Shown: positions 1 through 14,048 of the stretch, in pieces
Layout of the letters: each line of letters begins with the position of its first letter
How positions within the stretch are numbered: position 1 is the stretch's first letter
Assembly (NCBI RefSeq): GCF_006345805.1
Contig: NC_043015.1
Coordinates: 13,950,001-14,014,000, forward strand
Direction: 5' to 3'
Origin: Octopus sinensis
Taxonomy: Eukaryota
Length of the DNA: 64,000 nucleotides
Made by a program: the position numbers and the translations under genes
Notes under the pieces: model-generated
What the model saw: only the letters and a program-made list of their open reading frames with translations
Told to the model about the DNA's origin: nothing
Database searches by the model: none

Positions 1-195
1 GAAATCAGAGAGATTAGTCTTCAGTTTAGGTGAGGCAGGGATTTTAGTCTTCTTGATATTCACTATTGGGCCGAAGCGATCATAAACACAAGTGAAGATG
101 TTGTCTGATTTCCGGAGTGTGACAGAGAACAGTATTATCATCTGCAGACTGAAGTTCTGAAACGAGTTGGTAAGATGATGAGTTCAAATTCTGGT

Positions 196-1084
196 TACAA
201 GAAGCATTCCAAAAGTTTTGAGACTTTTTCAGGAGAGACATTTATTAATTTCAAAGAAGTACAAAACTCTAAGCTCTTAAGTCAGAATCCTTTGACTTTA
301 ATGCACTTTTAGTAGTGCAGTAGCCACTATGTGAAGGTCTCACAGAAGTGCTCCACAGGGAAGGTGTTCAGAACCCTTGCTTCAACCTCCTTCATCTTCT
401 CATTCAGCATAGGGAACAACCAAAAGTCAGAGGGAGCAAGGTCTGGACTGTAGGGGGTGTGAGAGATAGTTTTGATACCCATCTCTTTCAAGTATTCGGT
501 TATCAGGATGAAAGTGTGGACTGATGCATTGTCCTGGTGCAGGTATCATCAACTCGAGTGGAAGAACTCTGGTCTTTTACAATCAAATCAGTTCCTGAAC
601 TCCGTCAGAACTTCCACAAAGTATTCTTTGTTCACTGTCTGGCAAAAGGGAACCTAGTGGATATAGATAATGCTTCTACTGTCGAAAAAGGTGATTATCA
701 TGAGCTTTCTGGTGGATTTGCTTTGCCCGATCAGTTGTGCCAGCGAAAAACAGTTGCTCGGCTCATACAAGTTAGTCCATAATCCGCCGGGAGCATTTTA
801 TAAGTTGCCTTAGCGTTTTTGCCCAACTTAACACGAAACTTTATTGCAAAGCGAGCTTCTAAACTGTATTCACGTCCCAACTGCACTCTGCAAACCAGTC
901 AGCTGGGACAAACAGTGTTTACTAGGGTGTGTTCAAAGTGCTGATACAGCTGTTTCTTTCAATCTGGAATAACAAAATTTGGCAGGTCAGCTTATTAGCT
1001 GTCTAACAATGATATACTAAAATTACATTAATTCAGGACAGCTTTTCCTAAAATGGTTTCAAAACTTCTGGAATGCACCTCGTA
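196..1084 (-). mobile_element. Internally deleted mariner (DD34D) DNA transposon
   Basis: Imperfect ~38-bp TIRs: tacaagaagcattccaaaagttttgag at 196 and the reverse complement of tacgaggtgcattccagaagttttgaa ending at 1084. Minus-strand translation gives HQDNASVHT...HTPYSPDLAPSDFWLFP, the mariner catalytic motifs, with stops. 889 bp is shorter than a full mariner. Confidence 0.88.
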
Positions 1085-1784
1085 TGTTAAATAATCTACC
1101 ATGAAAACGGTTTACGATGTCAACACCTGGATCGTCAGAAGAAAAAGTATTGCCCACAAATATAAAAAGCACGTAAGTTCAAGAATATGCGTAAGTTCAA
1201 TACACATATAATTTGGAACTTCTCAGAAATCTTGTTTTCATGAAAACAAAGCGTGATATACCGTAGTATAGAGCTTGAATAGTATAGTAGTTTGGACAGC
1301 CGAAACGTCGAACAACCATCTATATAGCATCACGTGATCTTTTTCAAGATCGTTGAAGACAAGAAAGAAGAGTGTTGCTTTCCGGTTTTTTTTTGTTTTT
1401 TTTTTTTGTTTATGTTTTTTTTTTCTGCCGTTGTCTTGCAGAAAATGTCATGTCTATTGTGCCACGAGAGACACGAGAATAGTACTAGGATTTAGGAAAA
1501 ATCTTCTCCTCGAGGACCTGAAGGTTGTTTAGAAAGTTTCTTACAAATATTTTTCCTCTGATAATTTGCACACAACTTTCGATCTTCTTTTCCTTGAAAA
1601 CGTTAATGTTAACTGCACCTTTAATGCCAGATATGAATAGGGAAGATTCAGGACTGTTATACAAAATATGGACAAAAATAAAATTGTAAAAAAGAAATAG
1701 AGTCGTCGTCAATAACTTATAAGTCCTTATATTATTAACGTAAGATCGGTAAAGCACAAAGTCAACTCTAGCATAACTACATAT

Positions 1785-1816
1785 ATATATAATATATGTA
1801 TATATATATATGTATG

Positions 1817-1847
<31 letters not shown>

Positions 1848-1873
1848 ATATATATATATATATATAATATTAT

Positions 1874-1906
<33 letters not shown>

Positions 1907-1975
1907 TGTATTATGTATGTATGTATATATATTTATATTGTATGTATATATATATAATATATATATATATATAAA
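1785..1975. repeat. (TA)n/(TATG)n microsatellite
   Basis: Directly visible. Confidence 0.95.
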
Positions 1976-2359
1976 GGGGGGAATGGAGAGAACATTTAAT
2001 AGTATAACACCATTAATCATGGCCATTTGTACTGAATCCCATCCCCGGTCTTCAATATACTTATTGTAATTCATGAAAAGCATTCTTGTTCTTTATCTGA
2101 CAACGGGACAAATATAGATCGATTGTCATCATGGCCGTTGAACGTTAAACTTCACAGATACAGGAACAATTTCTATGACTAACTATTGATAACATTTCCT
2201 ATGATTATCTATTCAGCATATCATAATTATCTGTTTTATGTAAGGTTGGTATGATTGCACTTCGGCTCTAGCAAATGTGCTTCGGTGTAGTTCAAGATAC
2301 GAATGCAGCATGCCTGATAGAAACTGAAGAACTGTGTGTGATACGTACTGAATAATTAA

Positions 2360-2387
2360 CTCTCTCTCTCTCCCCTCTCTCTCTCTC

Positions 2388-2445
<58 letters not shown>

Positions 2446-2495
2446 TATATATATGTATATATTATATATGTATATATTATGTATATATGTATATG

Positions 2496-2547
<52 letters not shown>

Positions 2548-2560
2548 ATATATATATTTT
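2360..2560. repeat. Compound (CT)n-(TA)n microsatellite
   Basis: Directly visible. Confidence 0.95.
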
Positions 2561-2849
2561 TAATCCAAAAGGGAAACAAAAAAACAACAACAACAGGAAC
2601 AATTACAGTATTATTATTAATAGGCGCTCAGGAGATGGAAGCAGGGAGGTATGACGTTTCGAGCGGAGCTCTTCGTCGGAAACATAAAGAAGGAAGAGAG
2701 AGGAAAGAAAGATCCCAGAGCGGGCAACAGGGAAAGAGAAAAAAGACGACTGGTGTTTACGAGTTGCACATGGTGAAGGCGGATGTTGACGATAACAAGA
2801 GCAAAGTGGGTTTTTAAAGGCAAAAGAGTGGAGACAAGGTTGGTAACCC

Positions 2850-5274
2850 AACAGATGTGTGTGTATGTGTGAGTGTGTGCATGTGCGTGTGTGTATGTGT
2901 GTGTGTGAGGCGAGATGAAAAAACAAAAAAATATATATATATATGTGTGTGTTAGTGTGTGCGTCTGTGTGTAGGCGTGTGAGGTAGGGCGAGACTAGTG
3001 GTCAGCTAGCAGACAAGAAAAAGAAGGAAGGAGGAAGGGAGGTCAGTAGTAAGAAAAAGAAGGAAGGAGGAAGGGAGGGAGGGGAAGGGGTGGGGGCGTA
3101 TGTAGCGTGCCAGCGTGTGTTGAGTAGTAGTGTGTGTGTGTGTCCAGTGTCGTGGTGGTATTAATGAGTAGATTGAATGTGTGTAAGAGTGATGTAATAT
3201 ATAGGCAAGGTGTGTATATGTGTGCGCGTGTGTTAACGAAAAAAGGGGGGGGGGTTAAGGAAAAAGGACTCCAGCTGAGGGGAAGATGGAAGTGGTACCG
3301 CGGAGACAGGCGTGGGAAAACCCAACGACACGCGACGGTCCCAGGAACGGGCGGGAGGTCTCGTCAGGTCCAAGGGCGAGGTGTATGCGACGCGTATGCA
3401 ACGCGAGCCGGCGTAAGTGCGTATGTGCGCGTGCCTGCGAGTATGCGCGTACGTATGTATGTGTGTGGATGTGTGAGTGTGTCTGTGTGTATGTCTGGTG
3501 GCAGTGTGTGCGATGAATGTATGTGAGTATGTGTGTATGTATGTGTGTGCATAGATGTATGTCCGTGTGTGTGTGTTATGTGTGTGAGTGTGTATGTATG
3601 TACGTGTGGGTGTGGGGAAGTGTGTGTTGTGCATGTGTGTGCGCGTACATACAGGTGTGTGAGTAAGTGTGTGTGTGTGTATGTATGTGTGAGTGTGTAT
3701 GTATGTGTGTGTCGGATGCATGTATGTGTATGGGTGTATGTATGCGTGTGTGTATGTATGTATGTGTACGTGCGTGGTGTTGTGTGTATGCGTGTAGGTG
3801 TGCGCGGTGTGCATGCATGCATGCATGTGCGTATGTGTGTGTGTGTTGCATGTGTGTGGGTATATATGTATGTGCGTATATGTGTGTGTATGTGCGTACA
3901 TGTGTGTGTGTGTGTATGCATGTGTGTGTATGTAGGTGTGTAGGCGTGTTGTATAGGTGTATGTATGTAAGTATGTGTGGGTGTGTCCTGTATGTGTGTG
4001 TATGTATGTGTGTGTATGTAGGTGTGTGGGCGTGTGTATATGTGTGTGTATGTACGTGTGTGGGCGTGTGTATATAGGTGTATGTGTGTATGTCTGGGTG
4101 TGTCCGTGCATGTTTGTGTGTGTGTGTGTATGCATGTGTATGTGGGTGTGTGTGTACGTGTGTAATGTATGTGTGTGTGTGTTGTGTATGCGTGCGTGTG
4201 TGTATGTAGGTGCGTGTGTATGTGTGTGGGAGTGTAGGTGTGTGTTGCGTGGTGCGTGTTTATGTTGGTGTGTACGTATGTGAGTGTGAGTGTATGGGTG
4301 TTTGTCATGCATGTGTGTGCGCGTGCAGTTGAGTGTGTGGTGTAAGTATGTGTGTGTGTATGTTTGTGTGAGTGTGTAAGTCTGTATGTCTTTGTGTATG
4401 TATGTGCGTATAGGAGTATGTGGGTATGTGTGTATGTATGTATATGGGTGTATGTATGTATGTGTGTGTTGTGTGCATGTGTATAAGTATGTGTGTGTTG
4501 CGTATGTGTGTATATGTATATGTGTGTGTGTTTATGTATGTGTGTATGTATGTGTGTAGGCGTGTGTGTGTAGATGTATGTATGTATGGGTGTGGTGTGT
4601 TGTGTGTGTTGTGTGGTGTGTAGGTGATGTGTGTGTCTGAATGAGGGTATGGCTGTGTAGGTGTGTGTGTGTATGAATGTAAGTGTGTGTGTATACAAGT
4701 GTAATGTATGTAGTAGTGTGTTGTGTGTGTGTGTATGTGTACGTGTGCGTGTGTATGTGTGGTGTGTATGCGTGTGATGTGATGTGTATGGGTATGTCTG
4801 TGTGTGTGTATGTCTGAAGTAGGTATGTATGTGTATGTATGTATGTGTGTGTGTGTGCAGGTATGTGTGTGTATGTGTGTGTGTGAGTAGGTGTGCGTGT
4901 ATGTATGTGGGTAGGGATGCATGCGAGTGTGTGGGTATGTATGCATACATACGTACGCGCACATCCGAAGCAAGCCCACACGCACAAAGCGCGCTCACGC
5001 ACACAACGCACAAGCAGTACAACGCAAGCCCAAGGGCCGACCAAGCCCCCAACGCGCGCCAAGGCGCGCGAGCGCAAAGGCCCTCGAACGCCCCGCTACG
5101 CGGGAACCGAGGATCCATCAGCCAAACCGGAAAGCAGAAAAGAGGGGGGGCTGCCTGGATGCAAAAAGGTGTATGTGTGTGTGCATCAGTGTAAGGGTGT
5201 GCATGTGTGGGCATGTATGTATGTATGTGCCTACATGTATGTTTGCATGTGTGTGTGTGAAGTATGTACGTGCG

Positions 5275-5310
<36 letters not shown>

Positions 5311-5620
5311 GCGTATGTATGTGTGTGTGTATGTGTGTATGTATGTCTGTGGTGTGTGTGTGTGTAAGTATGTATGTGTGTGCGTATGTATGTGTGTGTG
5401 TGTATGTGCATGTTGGTTTGTAATTAGTGTGTGCTAGTATGTCTGTAAGTGTGTGTGATTAAATTGTGAATGTATGTACGTAAATGGGTCTGCGTATGTG
5501 TGTGTGTGAACAGGCGTGTGGGAGGTAGGTGTTGGGTGTGTGTGGGAGGTAGGTGGGTGGTGTGTGCGTGTGGGAGGCAGGTGGGTGTGTGTGTGTGGTG
5601 GTGTGCCAAAAAAAAAAAAA
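2850..5620. repeat. ~2.8-kb degenerate GT/GTAT-rich cryptic simple repeat with embedded GC-rich blocks
   Basis: Imperfect (GT)/(ATGT) periodicity throughout; source of the His/Thr/Tyr and Val/Cys ORFs. Confidence 0.85.
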
Positions 5621-6229
5621 AAAAAGCAAATCTCAAGAGAGGGGGCTGTGTTAAGTCCGTGTGGGGTGGTAGTTTGTAGGGTGAAGATGTAGCGTTGCTC
5701 CAAGTGGAGCCTGGAAGTGGGCGACCTTGGTGGGGGGCGAGACCAAACACTGAGATGTCATCTAGGGAATGGCCGCCCGAACGGAAGTGGCGTGCGACGG
5801 GAGAAAGAGAGTGTAGGCGAACGTCCCTTAAGTGCTCAGTGAAACGGTCGACAACCGGCGTCCCGTCTATATATATATATATTATATATATATATATATA
5901 TAATATATATTATATATATATATTTAAGTAGGTGAATGAATTATCCTATGTTTATCGTCAGCATGGAAAATTCCTTTAACCGAAACCTGGGTAGCAAATT
6001 CACGTCAGAAAACACAGTTGAAGCGACCTGTCAAGGTAGAAACTCCGGGTTCATGTGTAGAAATTTGTGTGTTGTATATGAATAAATGAAAGAATGGAGT
6101 CGAACGAAGATGTTAACAAAATTCCTTTACTCTCGACACATGTGTCGAAGACAGCATGTTTTCATTCCAAAGGAATAAAGGGTGCATTATGCAATCTTCT
6201 CATCAGGAAAGAAAGTGTATATATATATA

Positions 6230-6273
<44 letters not shown>

Positions 6274-7212
6274 TATTGCCCAGCTCCTAAACTGACAATA
6301 GACTTAAAATTAAAAGCCAACAGACAACAAAAATAGAAAGGGAAAAAAATGGCAAAAAAAAATATTCTCTCTCCTCTCTCTTTGTGATGTATGAAGAAAG
6401 GAATAAAGTGTATGCTGTACGATACATAGCAAAGAAAATAAATAAATGCGCAAATAGAGTCTTAGGAAAATTCTCACAGATTGCATTTTGCAAGAGATTT
6501 TTTTAGAGTTAGAATTATAGTCTCACAGGACGTTAGTTTCACAGGACCAAATAGAGAGTGTACATGTAGCAAAGACCTCTCTTGCACTGGATTTTAATTT
6601 GATTTTATATTGCAGTTTGTGAAAATGCCATGTTACAGGTCGGCATGAATAGTTGGATCTGAGATGAGTGAAATAAAATTGTCCTGAGGTAATGAATAAC
6701 GGAGAATCGTAAATCAGTTGAATGGTAGTGGAAGTTAGTTATTGGTTGCGAACAATCCTGACCATAACTGCAAAACCTACTCATTGCATTCGGATCTTAT
6801 CGGTTTGGCTGCCAGCATTTCAAAAATTAAAGTTTACCGAAAATACACTTGCCCAAACTGAATTGTTGGAGTTACTTCATTTTTTCTAGAAAAATGTTGG
6901 ATCATTTTCATCCAGTCAGGAAACAGGATCTGGAAGCTGTCATTTTGTGTGTGACTGCACATTTTGTCGTCAATATCCCGAAAATAGCACGTATTGTCAA
7001 AATTTGTAAACAACACATGTCATGTCTTCGGTAATTTTCTTTCATGTAAATAAATGTGTATGTTAATTCAAAAGATTTACCCCAAAAATCTTATTTAGCT
7101 CATATTTTTAACACCCGACACAACCACCTCAATGCTCAATGACAAAAAGGAACAAGTAAACAAGCATTTAAGCATTCAATATGCATTTAATGCAAACAAA
7201 CACATGCACACA

Positions 7213-7247
<35 letters not shown>

Positions 7248-8488
7248 CAAAATAAAACAGGAAATTGGCAATTGTTTGGTACTATTTATTCTCCATTCTA
7301 CATGTTTCATTTGCTAATAGGAATTTGACATGTTATATACACATGTAAAGAAGTTTCTACTAGAAATTCTTCAAACAGCTAAATTAAATAATATATAATA
7401 ATACATAAATATATATGATTTAATTTCTTTCTGAAAAATTTTTAATAGGAAATTCCTTACATGACTATCCAACATGTAAAGCTTTGTAATCCCTATTAGT
7501 AAATGAAACACGTGTAATGGTGAATAAATACCAAAAAAATTCCTATTTTGTTATACAATACCTCAGCATATATTTCCATAATTCTCAGTTTTAAGATGTA
7601 TTTTGAACTAACATACAGTAGCAATTGTAGTTACATATTGATTGTAATAATGGAATAAGCAGATGTGCTTCAAGATGGAAACAGCTGGGATACATCCAGG
7701 CTACCTATCTACCTACGCGCGCACTGGTAAAAACGATTGAATTTAACAATGGGCGATTGCTACTTTATTTTATTAAGCATTAGTTTTCCACTTGAAATTT
7801 GTTATCTACTTAATTGTGCAAAACAAATTATCTTTCAAAGGTCTCGATAAATGGGTCAGTGTGTCCTTGTGATATGACTGAATGCTATTATATTACTATA
7901 GATTTTCAATAGATACTTTTAATTACAGTTAAGTATAAATCGGTGTAATAGGCATTTTTGATATGATGTTCAGTAGTAAATTGTCAAACTTGATCATGTT
8001 TTAATGCAGATTTATCTTTCCACTTTTTTTATCGTGTGAGTAGATTCTCTCTACCTTTACAAATTCTTTGCTTGTCCGAGCTCCAACCCGAAACTTCTTT
8101 GTTCTTACTCACATTTGAGTGGAATATACATAATACAATATAAGTCAACTTAAGTCTGCCTAGTATGTCAACAGATATTTATGCATAAAGAAAAGCAGTT
8201 GGCAATTTGTAGTTATTCCTTGCCTTCAAACAATGATGAATTTTTCCTCAAAGCATGTAAATTAACGTCGTGAAAAACTCATTAATTTTTTTCTTTGCGA
8301 GTCGCTTACAATTGGGCTTTTTGTTTCCTTTCGCCTGCTAAGCGAGAAATTTCCGTTACTGTATTTGATGATATAGAAGGCGTACAAGCATATTAGACGT
8401 ACCTAAATTTCAAAAACACATATTCAGGAAAACAAAACAAAACAAAATGGTATTAGTGCATTAAAGCGTGTAATATTTAAAACAACCT

Positions 8489-8703
8489 AAGGCAGCGAGC
8501 TGGCAGAATCGTTAGTACACCGGGCAAAATACTCAGCGGCATTTGGTCCGTCTCTACATTCGGAATTCAAATTCTGCCGAGGTCGACTTACCCTTATATC
8601 CTTTCGGGATCGATAAAATAAGTACCAGTTTAGCCCTGGGATTGATGCTATCGACTTACACCTCTCTCTAGAAATTATTGGCCTTGTGCCAAAATTTGAA
8701 ATC
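8489..8703 (+). mobile_element. tRNA-derived SINE, family 'A' (label local to this report)
   Basis: Head ggcagcgagctggcagaatcgttag, body cctttcgggatcgataaaataagtaccag, tail ggccttgtgccaaaatttgaa. Homologous copies at ~37710 and ~52991; fragments at ~15600, ~25370-25590, ~32280, ~37380-37700. Confidence 0.85.
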
Positions 8704-8983
8704 GATGCATATAGGATCCGAGGTAATTTTTAAGACTCTTTCTTGTGAGAATGCGTCTTATATGCCATTAAATACAGTAATTAGGAGTTATTTTATGAAT
8801 GGTAGGACTTTTCGACTTATTTATTTGAACATTAAGCGTATGTTGTTCATGCACTGATGTTATTTTATAGATTTATGTCCTAATATGTTATAATATGAGT
8901 TGGTGTGTAGATATTATTTTATTGTGTACTCGTGAGAGATTATTTTATTGCATAATCCTGTTCCATGATTTTTTATTATTATT

Positions 8984-9290
8984 GTGGCGACACATGGCCT
9001 GGCGGTTAGGGCAGCGGACTCGTGGTCGAGGGATCGCGAGTTCGAATCCCAGACCGGGTGATGTGTATGTTTATAAGCGAAACACCTAAGCTCTACGCGG
9101 CTCCGGCAGAGGGTAATGGCAAACCTCTGCTGACTCTTTCGCCACAACTTTCTCTCACTCTTTCCTCCTGCATCTTGCAGCCCACCTGCGACGGACCGGC
9201 GTCCCGTCCAGGTGGGGAACCTATACGCCAAGGAAACCGGGAAATCGGCCCTATGAGCCAGGCGTGGCTCGAGAAGGAACAAACAACAAT
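8984..9290 (+). mobile_element. tRNA-derived SINE, family 'B'
   Basis: A-box (tggcctggcggttagg) and B-box (gttcgaatccc), followed by a body shared with 51019-51328 and 54918-55235; (ATT)-rich tail. Confidence 0.85.
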
Positions 9291-11264
9291 TATTATTATT
9301 ATTAATATTATTATTGCTGTTATGTAACTACACCAACTAAAGTAACAATCCCCCTCCCGCCCAACACATCGGCTGTTACTATTGTCTCGCAGTGACCATG
9401 CTTACAATGTCTGATGTGGGAATGAATAAAGACGAGGTCGCGGTTTTGATAACAATGACACCTGTACTTGTAATAATGTATTATTTAATCACGACGATTT
9501 ATTTGTTCTCTGATAAAACGTCTGATTGATGTAACGACTTTATCATTGTTTGAATTCATGTCAAATTCAGTTTACATAGCAACATTAAAAACAGCTTGAT
9601 AATGACTGGTGTACAACCACGACGCAATGAACTAAACATTCGACACACAAGCATTACATGGCATCTAAAATTTATTATACAAAATAACTGTCATAAACAC
9701 CGAGTCATGCGTAACCATTTTACAGACGACAGCATGTTCTAGCATTCATTATTGTTGTTATGGTTTGGCCCTTTAGCTCCTTGTCAGACCTGATGAAGCA
9801 GAACCAGCATCAAAAGCAATCCAGCCGGGACTATTTTGTTTTGTTTTCAGGCATTATCTTGAATATTATTCAACTTATCCTTTAAATAAATTAGAATGCG
9901 CTTGAGATAATTTGGATACTATTTTTAGCGTGTCGAGCAACCATATAGAGGTTCCCTAGTTGGTTTATAGCCATGTTGTTGTTGTTGCTGTTGTTGTTAT
10001 AGTTGCGTAGCCACAGGTCAAACGGCAGCCAGAAAACAAATGCTCAAAAATATTTTAGCTTTGATGAATGCGTCATGATTTCAGACATTGCATCTACGAT
10101 CATATTATGTAAGTGTATTATTTTTTAAAAAAGAAAACGGCGTTATTTGAGGGATGTTTGTCTGTTGTTAGTAGTATTGTGGAGGTAGTTTAACTGCAAG
10201 TGACTTTTGATTATACTGATGTATAATTAAAGACATTCCATTCGTGACTCTCCTGACTTTTCGTCTGTTATAGTGCACCTATGAATACATTGTTGAGTAT
10301 GCTCTTTTCTTTTCTTCAGACGAAACGTGTGATGTGAGGGAGTTTTGGTTGATATTTCCAGCGAATTACCAGAGGAAGCATTGACAACCTTTTTCCTTAA
10401 GCGGGTTGCATGAGACATGGCTCATCATCAGCCAGGCCGCACTACTAAAATATTCAAGGTAACATTTCATTTGGCGTCCTATTCAGAAAGTTCTACTGGT
10501 TGCATGCAACCAGTAAGACTTTCCTCGTTGGCTTGTGTTGATGTTGTTGCTTTAGTCAAGACTTATGATTCTATACGAATAAAATGATCCATAGATAACA
10601 ACCAATAAAGTGATACAGCGTTATATTTTTAAAAAGCGTGAGCGGTCAAATCGATCGGTTATGGGACAATCGATGAGCAGGTTGGCTGTTTTCAACTTGT
10701 CATTGTCACTGAGTTGTGTCCATAGCTGAAAAACTTGATATTCAAACAGCCCAGTCCACAGACTTGAAACAGGTATTGTCAGGCTGTAAGTTACAGCAGC
10801 AGTTAAAAATTGGGAATTCTGGGAATTATAATGGCGGGAAAAGACATTTCCAGTTCTACTTATACTTACGCTAAATCTTTTGCGTTGTACCAATAACTTC
10901 ATAAGTTATGAAAAAACAATCTATTTCAGTGATTCAGAAATCCCTTTAGGATTTAAATAATATATAAAATTTTTATTTGGTTACACCTTTGCATTTCTAT
11001 ATTTTTAATATTTTCGTTATATATATATATACAATTTAAATATAGGATAAAATCTTTATAAGAATTTATCAAGTAGTTAGCGTGAAAAATAATTAATTTA
11101 TTAATTATTCCCTATAAATATATTTATTTATATTAAGGGCATTACTATACATAAATGCCTCCCGCTTTAAGAGTCCCTCCTAGCGTAATGCCCTTAATAT
11201 ATATATATCCTCGTTGTCGGCTTTATTTCGTATCTGAAAATTTATTTTCTTCTTTGCTGAATGC

Positions 11265-11462
11265 TTCCTTTATGGTGATGCCATTGATGACTCTGTAGAC
11301 CAATTCTTGCATAGCAGAGTCGATGGCATTGACTGCATGGTGACGTTGGTGGAGGACGAGTTTGTCGAGCCTTTCTCTCCTGTCGTTTGATTTCTTCCTG
11401 TTCTCTTCTGGTGGCTTCGAAGTTTTTGGTTCCCATGGTGATGGAACTCCGCCACTTAGTAA
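11265..11462 (-). mobile_element. 3' fragment of RTE-clade LINE (C-terminal CCHH region)
   Basis: WRSSITMGTKNFEATRR...CSQCHRLCYARIGLQSHQWHH matches the RTE ORF C-terminal CxxC...RIGLxSH motif. Confidence 0.75.
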
Positions 11463-13953
11463 TACTTTCCTCTGTGTGTGTGTCTGTGTCTGTGTGTGTG
11501 CGCGCGCGTGTCTGTCTGTCTGTATTATATATACATATAATAGACACGGATATCTTTCATCCTTTACATGTTTCAGTCACTGGACTCCAGCCTTGCTGAG
11601 ACACCATTCGAAGCGTGTTTAGTCAGTAATCGACCCTAAAACTTACTTTTAAAGCTTCATGTATTGAAGATTACATCAGAAGTAATCGACAAATGATACA
11701 TTTTGGTATATATTACTTTCTAAAATTGGCAGTAGTATTGAATAATTTACTACTACTTATAATATCGACATAAGAATTAAGTATTGTTTTTTTCTAGCAA
11801 CTAAAGTAATGAGAATTTGATCAAATAACATAGATGCTAAACAACGAGTGATCTTCACGTGATATCTGGATAAACATTATTTTTATTGGGTTGACATAAA
11901 TCGTGATATTATAATAGCGTGTTAATTTAAATTACCAGTGTTCTCAACGTAATCCCACGTTCCATAGTTCACCTTTCTGCTTGGAATTGGAAGGATTTAT
12001 CTGTAATCCTTTAAATACTTAAAAACGAAATATGGGGTGGTTCTTATCAGGTTTAGATTACATTTTCTCACACTGTCAAGTTTCGTATAATAAAGCTTAG
12101 CTACTGGTGAGCCTACTTTGTAGCCTGATTCGATTTCCGGGCGCGACAACTTCACTTCAGTTACAACACTAATGCTATTAAGAAACCAAGAGCATCATAC
12201 AGTCTCATTTTCACATCACTATGAATCTAAAGTAAATAGGAATCTTGGGAAACTAGTTGTGGTTTGCGTCAGTAAAACATTTTTATTGGTAAAGTGTAGA
12301 GTTTTGTAGGCATCAAACTTCGATTAACAAAAGACACAAAAATCTCCCCCTCTCTTTCCTTCTCTCTCTCCCCTCTCTCTCACTCTCTAACGAAGCAATC
12401 AGTCCAGACCGTTGGAAAATTCTTATAACATTTTACAAAGTTATAAATTGACATCGAACAGTACATATGAAATAAAAAAAAATCAGTTTTAATTTGTCTC
12501 GTTCAAGTATGAATGTTAAAATGAATAGCTTAAATTTTCACAAGCAGAGATATTTATCGGCATTAACACCATTGCATGTAAGTTAGGGGATAAGCGAATA
12601 TTTTCACGTGAGTATTCGAGCTCAACGTTGCAAGGTAACTTAATTATTCGGAGAATTTGCCACGAAGTATGGTAAAATGTTAATCACCCTAAAGGCCTGT
12701 CACTGAGAGTTTAAATGCCTTTTGTATGGACGTAAGAATTTGCTGAAGACGATACAAATTAACAACATAAATATTTTAGTGACCGTACAAAACATTAGCA
12801 GGTTACAACGAAATCAGAAGTCCATCAAATACTATTAATAAATAATGGGGTAGCGAGGCCACAGAGGTGGTTGCTCTAGGCACAAAATTCCTAGGCTCAC
12901 AAATTTCAGGAGAAGAAAAAATAGTAATAAAATGTAGTGTACCTTCCCCAGCAATACTTACCTTGCCTTCGGAGCTACGCTAATGAAAAATAGAATTTTA
13001 TTCACTTTGGAGATCTATGTAAGTGTATTCTTCGAATTTACATAATTTAAATGAACGAAGATCCGATAATTCATCGTTGCAGATTGGTGTTAGGTGCATA
13101 TAAAACGATGAACCCGGATCTAATCTAGTAAATTAAGTACTTGATATTTCATGTAAATAAGGTTAATGAAAACAAACTAATGTAAATAACTTCTTCGAAT
13201 GATACCCTTTTATATTTGTTTTTCTTCTAGTTATACTAAAAATGATTAATGAGTTGATAAGAAAATATGCTCTGAAAGAGATGAAACATTTAGATCTGCA
13301 AAGACGAGTAGCGTGAACTGGGTTCGTCTTACTTTATCTATCGCGTGAAATACGCATGGCCCGAAAACCGGGACATTTTTCAAATGGGTTATTGAATATG
13401 CATGACGATAACATGAAAACCAAATTTGAGCACTACAGTCAGCTTATGTAATCTAATTGCTTGTAGAGTAGATTAAATTTGAACAAACAATTCTAAGCCT
13501 ACGTGAGCTGTACGAAAAAGTTTGCACCTTCGTATCTCTATTTACTTAAATCTTTCATTGTGATGATAAGAGACAGAATAAATTTTGATTGATATTACAC
13601 ATAAATTTCAGAATATAACTAGTTAAAACAATTATACATTGTCAAAGCTGATTTTACTGAATAAGTAACCATAATAAGGAGTTAAATAAAACGAAAGAAT
13701 TAATCCATGTCTATTGTTCTTTCTCACAACACAACAAACTTTTATTGTCTGTATGTCGAGTTTCTAATTCACGTTGACATTGTGTTCCTGAAACATATAC
13801 GTATGTACCTGTTCAATTGCTTTTCTGCTGCTTTGATTGTCTAGTTTAATCACTCCTTAGCTTATAAAGAAATCTGAAAACGAAATAGAGAATAAAAAGT
13901 AGATGATGTCTTTAAAACTTTAAAAAGTTTTCCAGAGTAGTTTAAGGTTTCAG

Positions 13954-14048
13954 GAAATATTACAACCGGATGAACGAGTTCGATCTTGACGTTGTTTGCG
14001 GTATTTCCATTAGAAACACTAGTTTTACTAATAAATACTGTTGTCAAG
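13954..14048 (+). CDS. Candidate internal exon of an unidentified host gene
   Basis: Acceptor gtttcag|G at 13953/13954 and strong donor CAAG|gtgagt at 14048/14049. One open frame: KYYNRMNEFDLDVVCGISIRNTSFTNKYCCQ. No family recognised. Confidence 0.2.

Noticed and set aside
1442-1739. Segment bounded by a strong acceptor (ttgcag) and donor (gtaaga)
   Set aside because: Stops in all three frames; it could be a UTR exon but nothing supports that.
2570-2600. Resemblance to sequencing adapters (aacaacaacaacagga here; cggaagtggcgt...gagtgtag at ~5782-5816)
   Set aside because: Matches are short, imperfect and low-complexity; insufficient to call contamination.
3233-5214. Long 359/616-aa His-Thr-Tyr ORFs (also 47146-47918, 62393-62914 and similar)
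   Set aside because: They are translations of (CA)/(TACA)n repeats that lack stop codons; no coding signal.
8984-9060. tRNA-like sequences (also 24480-24554, 39626-39700, 51250-51328, 55160-55235)
   Set aside because: A and B boxes are present but there is no closed acceptor stem, and each continues into a shared SINE body; these are SINE heads, not tRNA genes.
10621-10902. 93-aa non-repetitive minus-strand ORF
   Set aside because: No recognisable motif and no convincing splice-site pair.
11129-11201. 17-bp inverted repeat around a 39-bp spacer
   Set aside because: Real but short and AT-rich; probably a minor MITE remnant.
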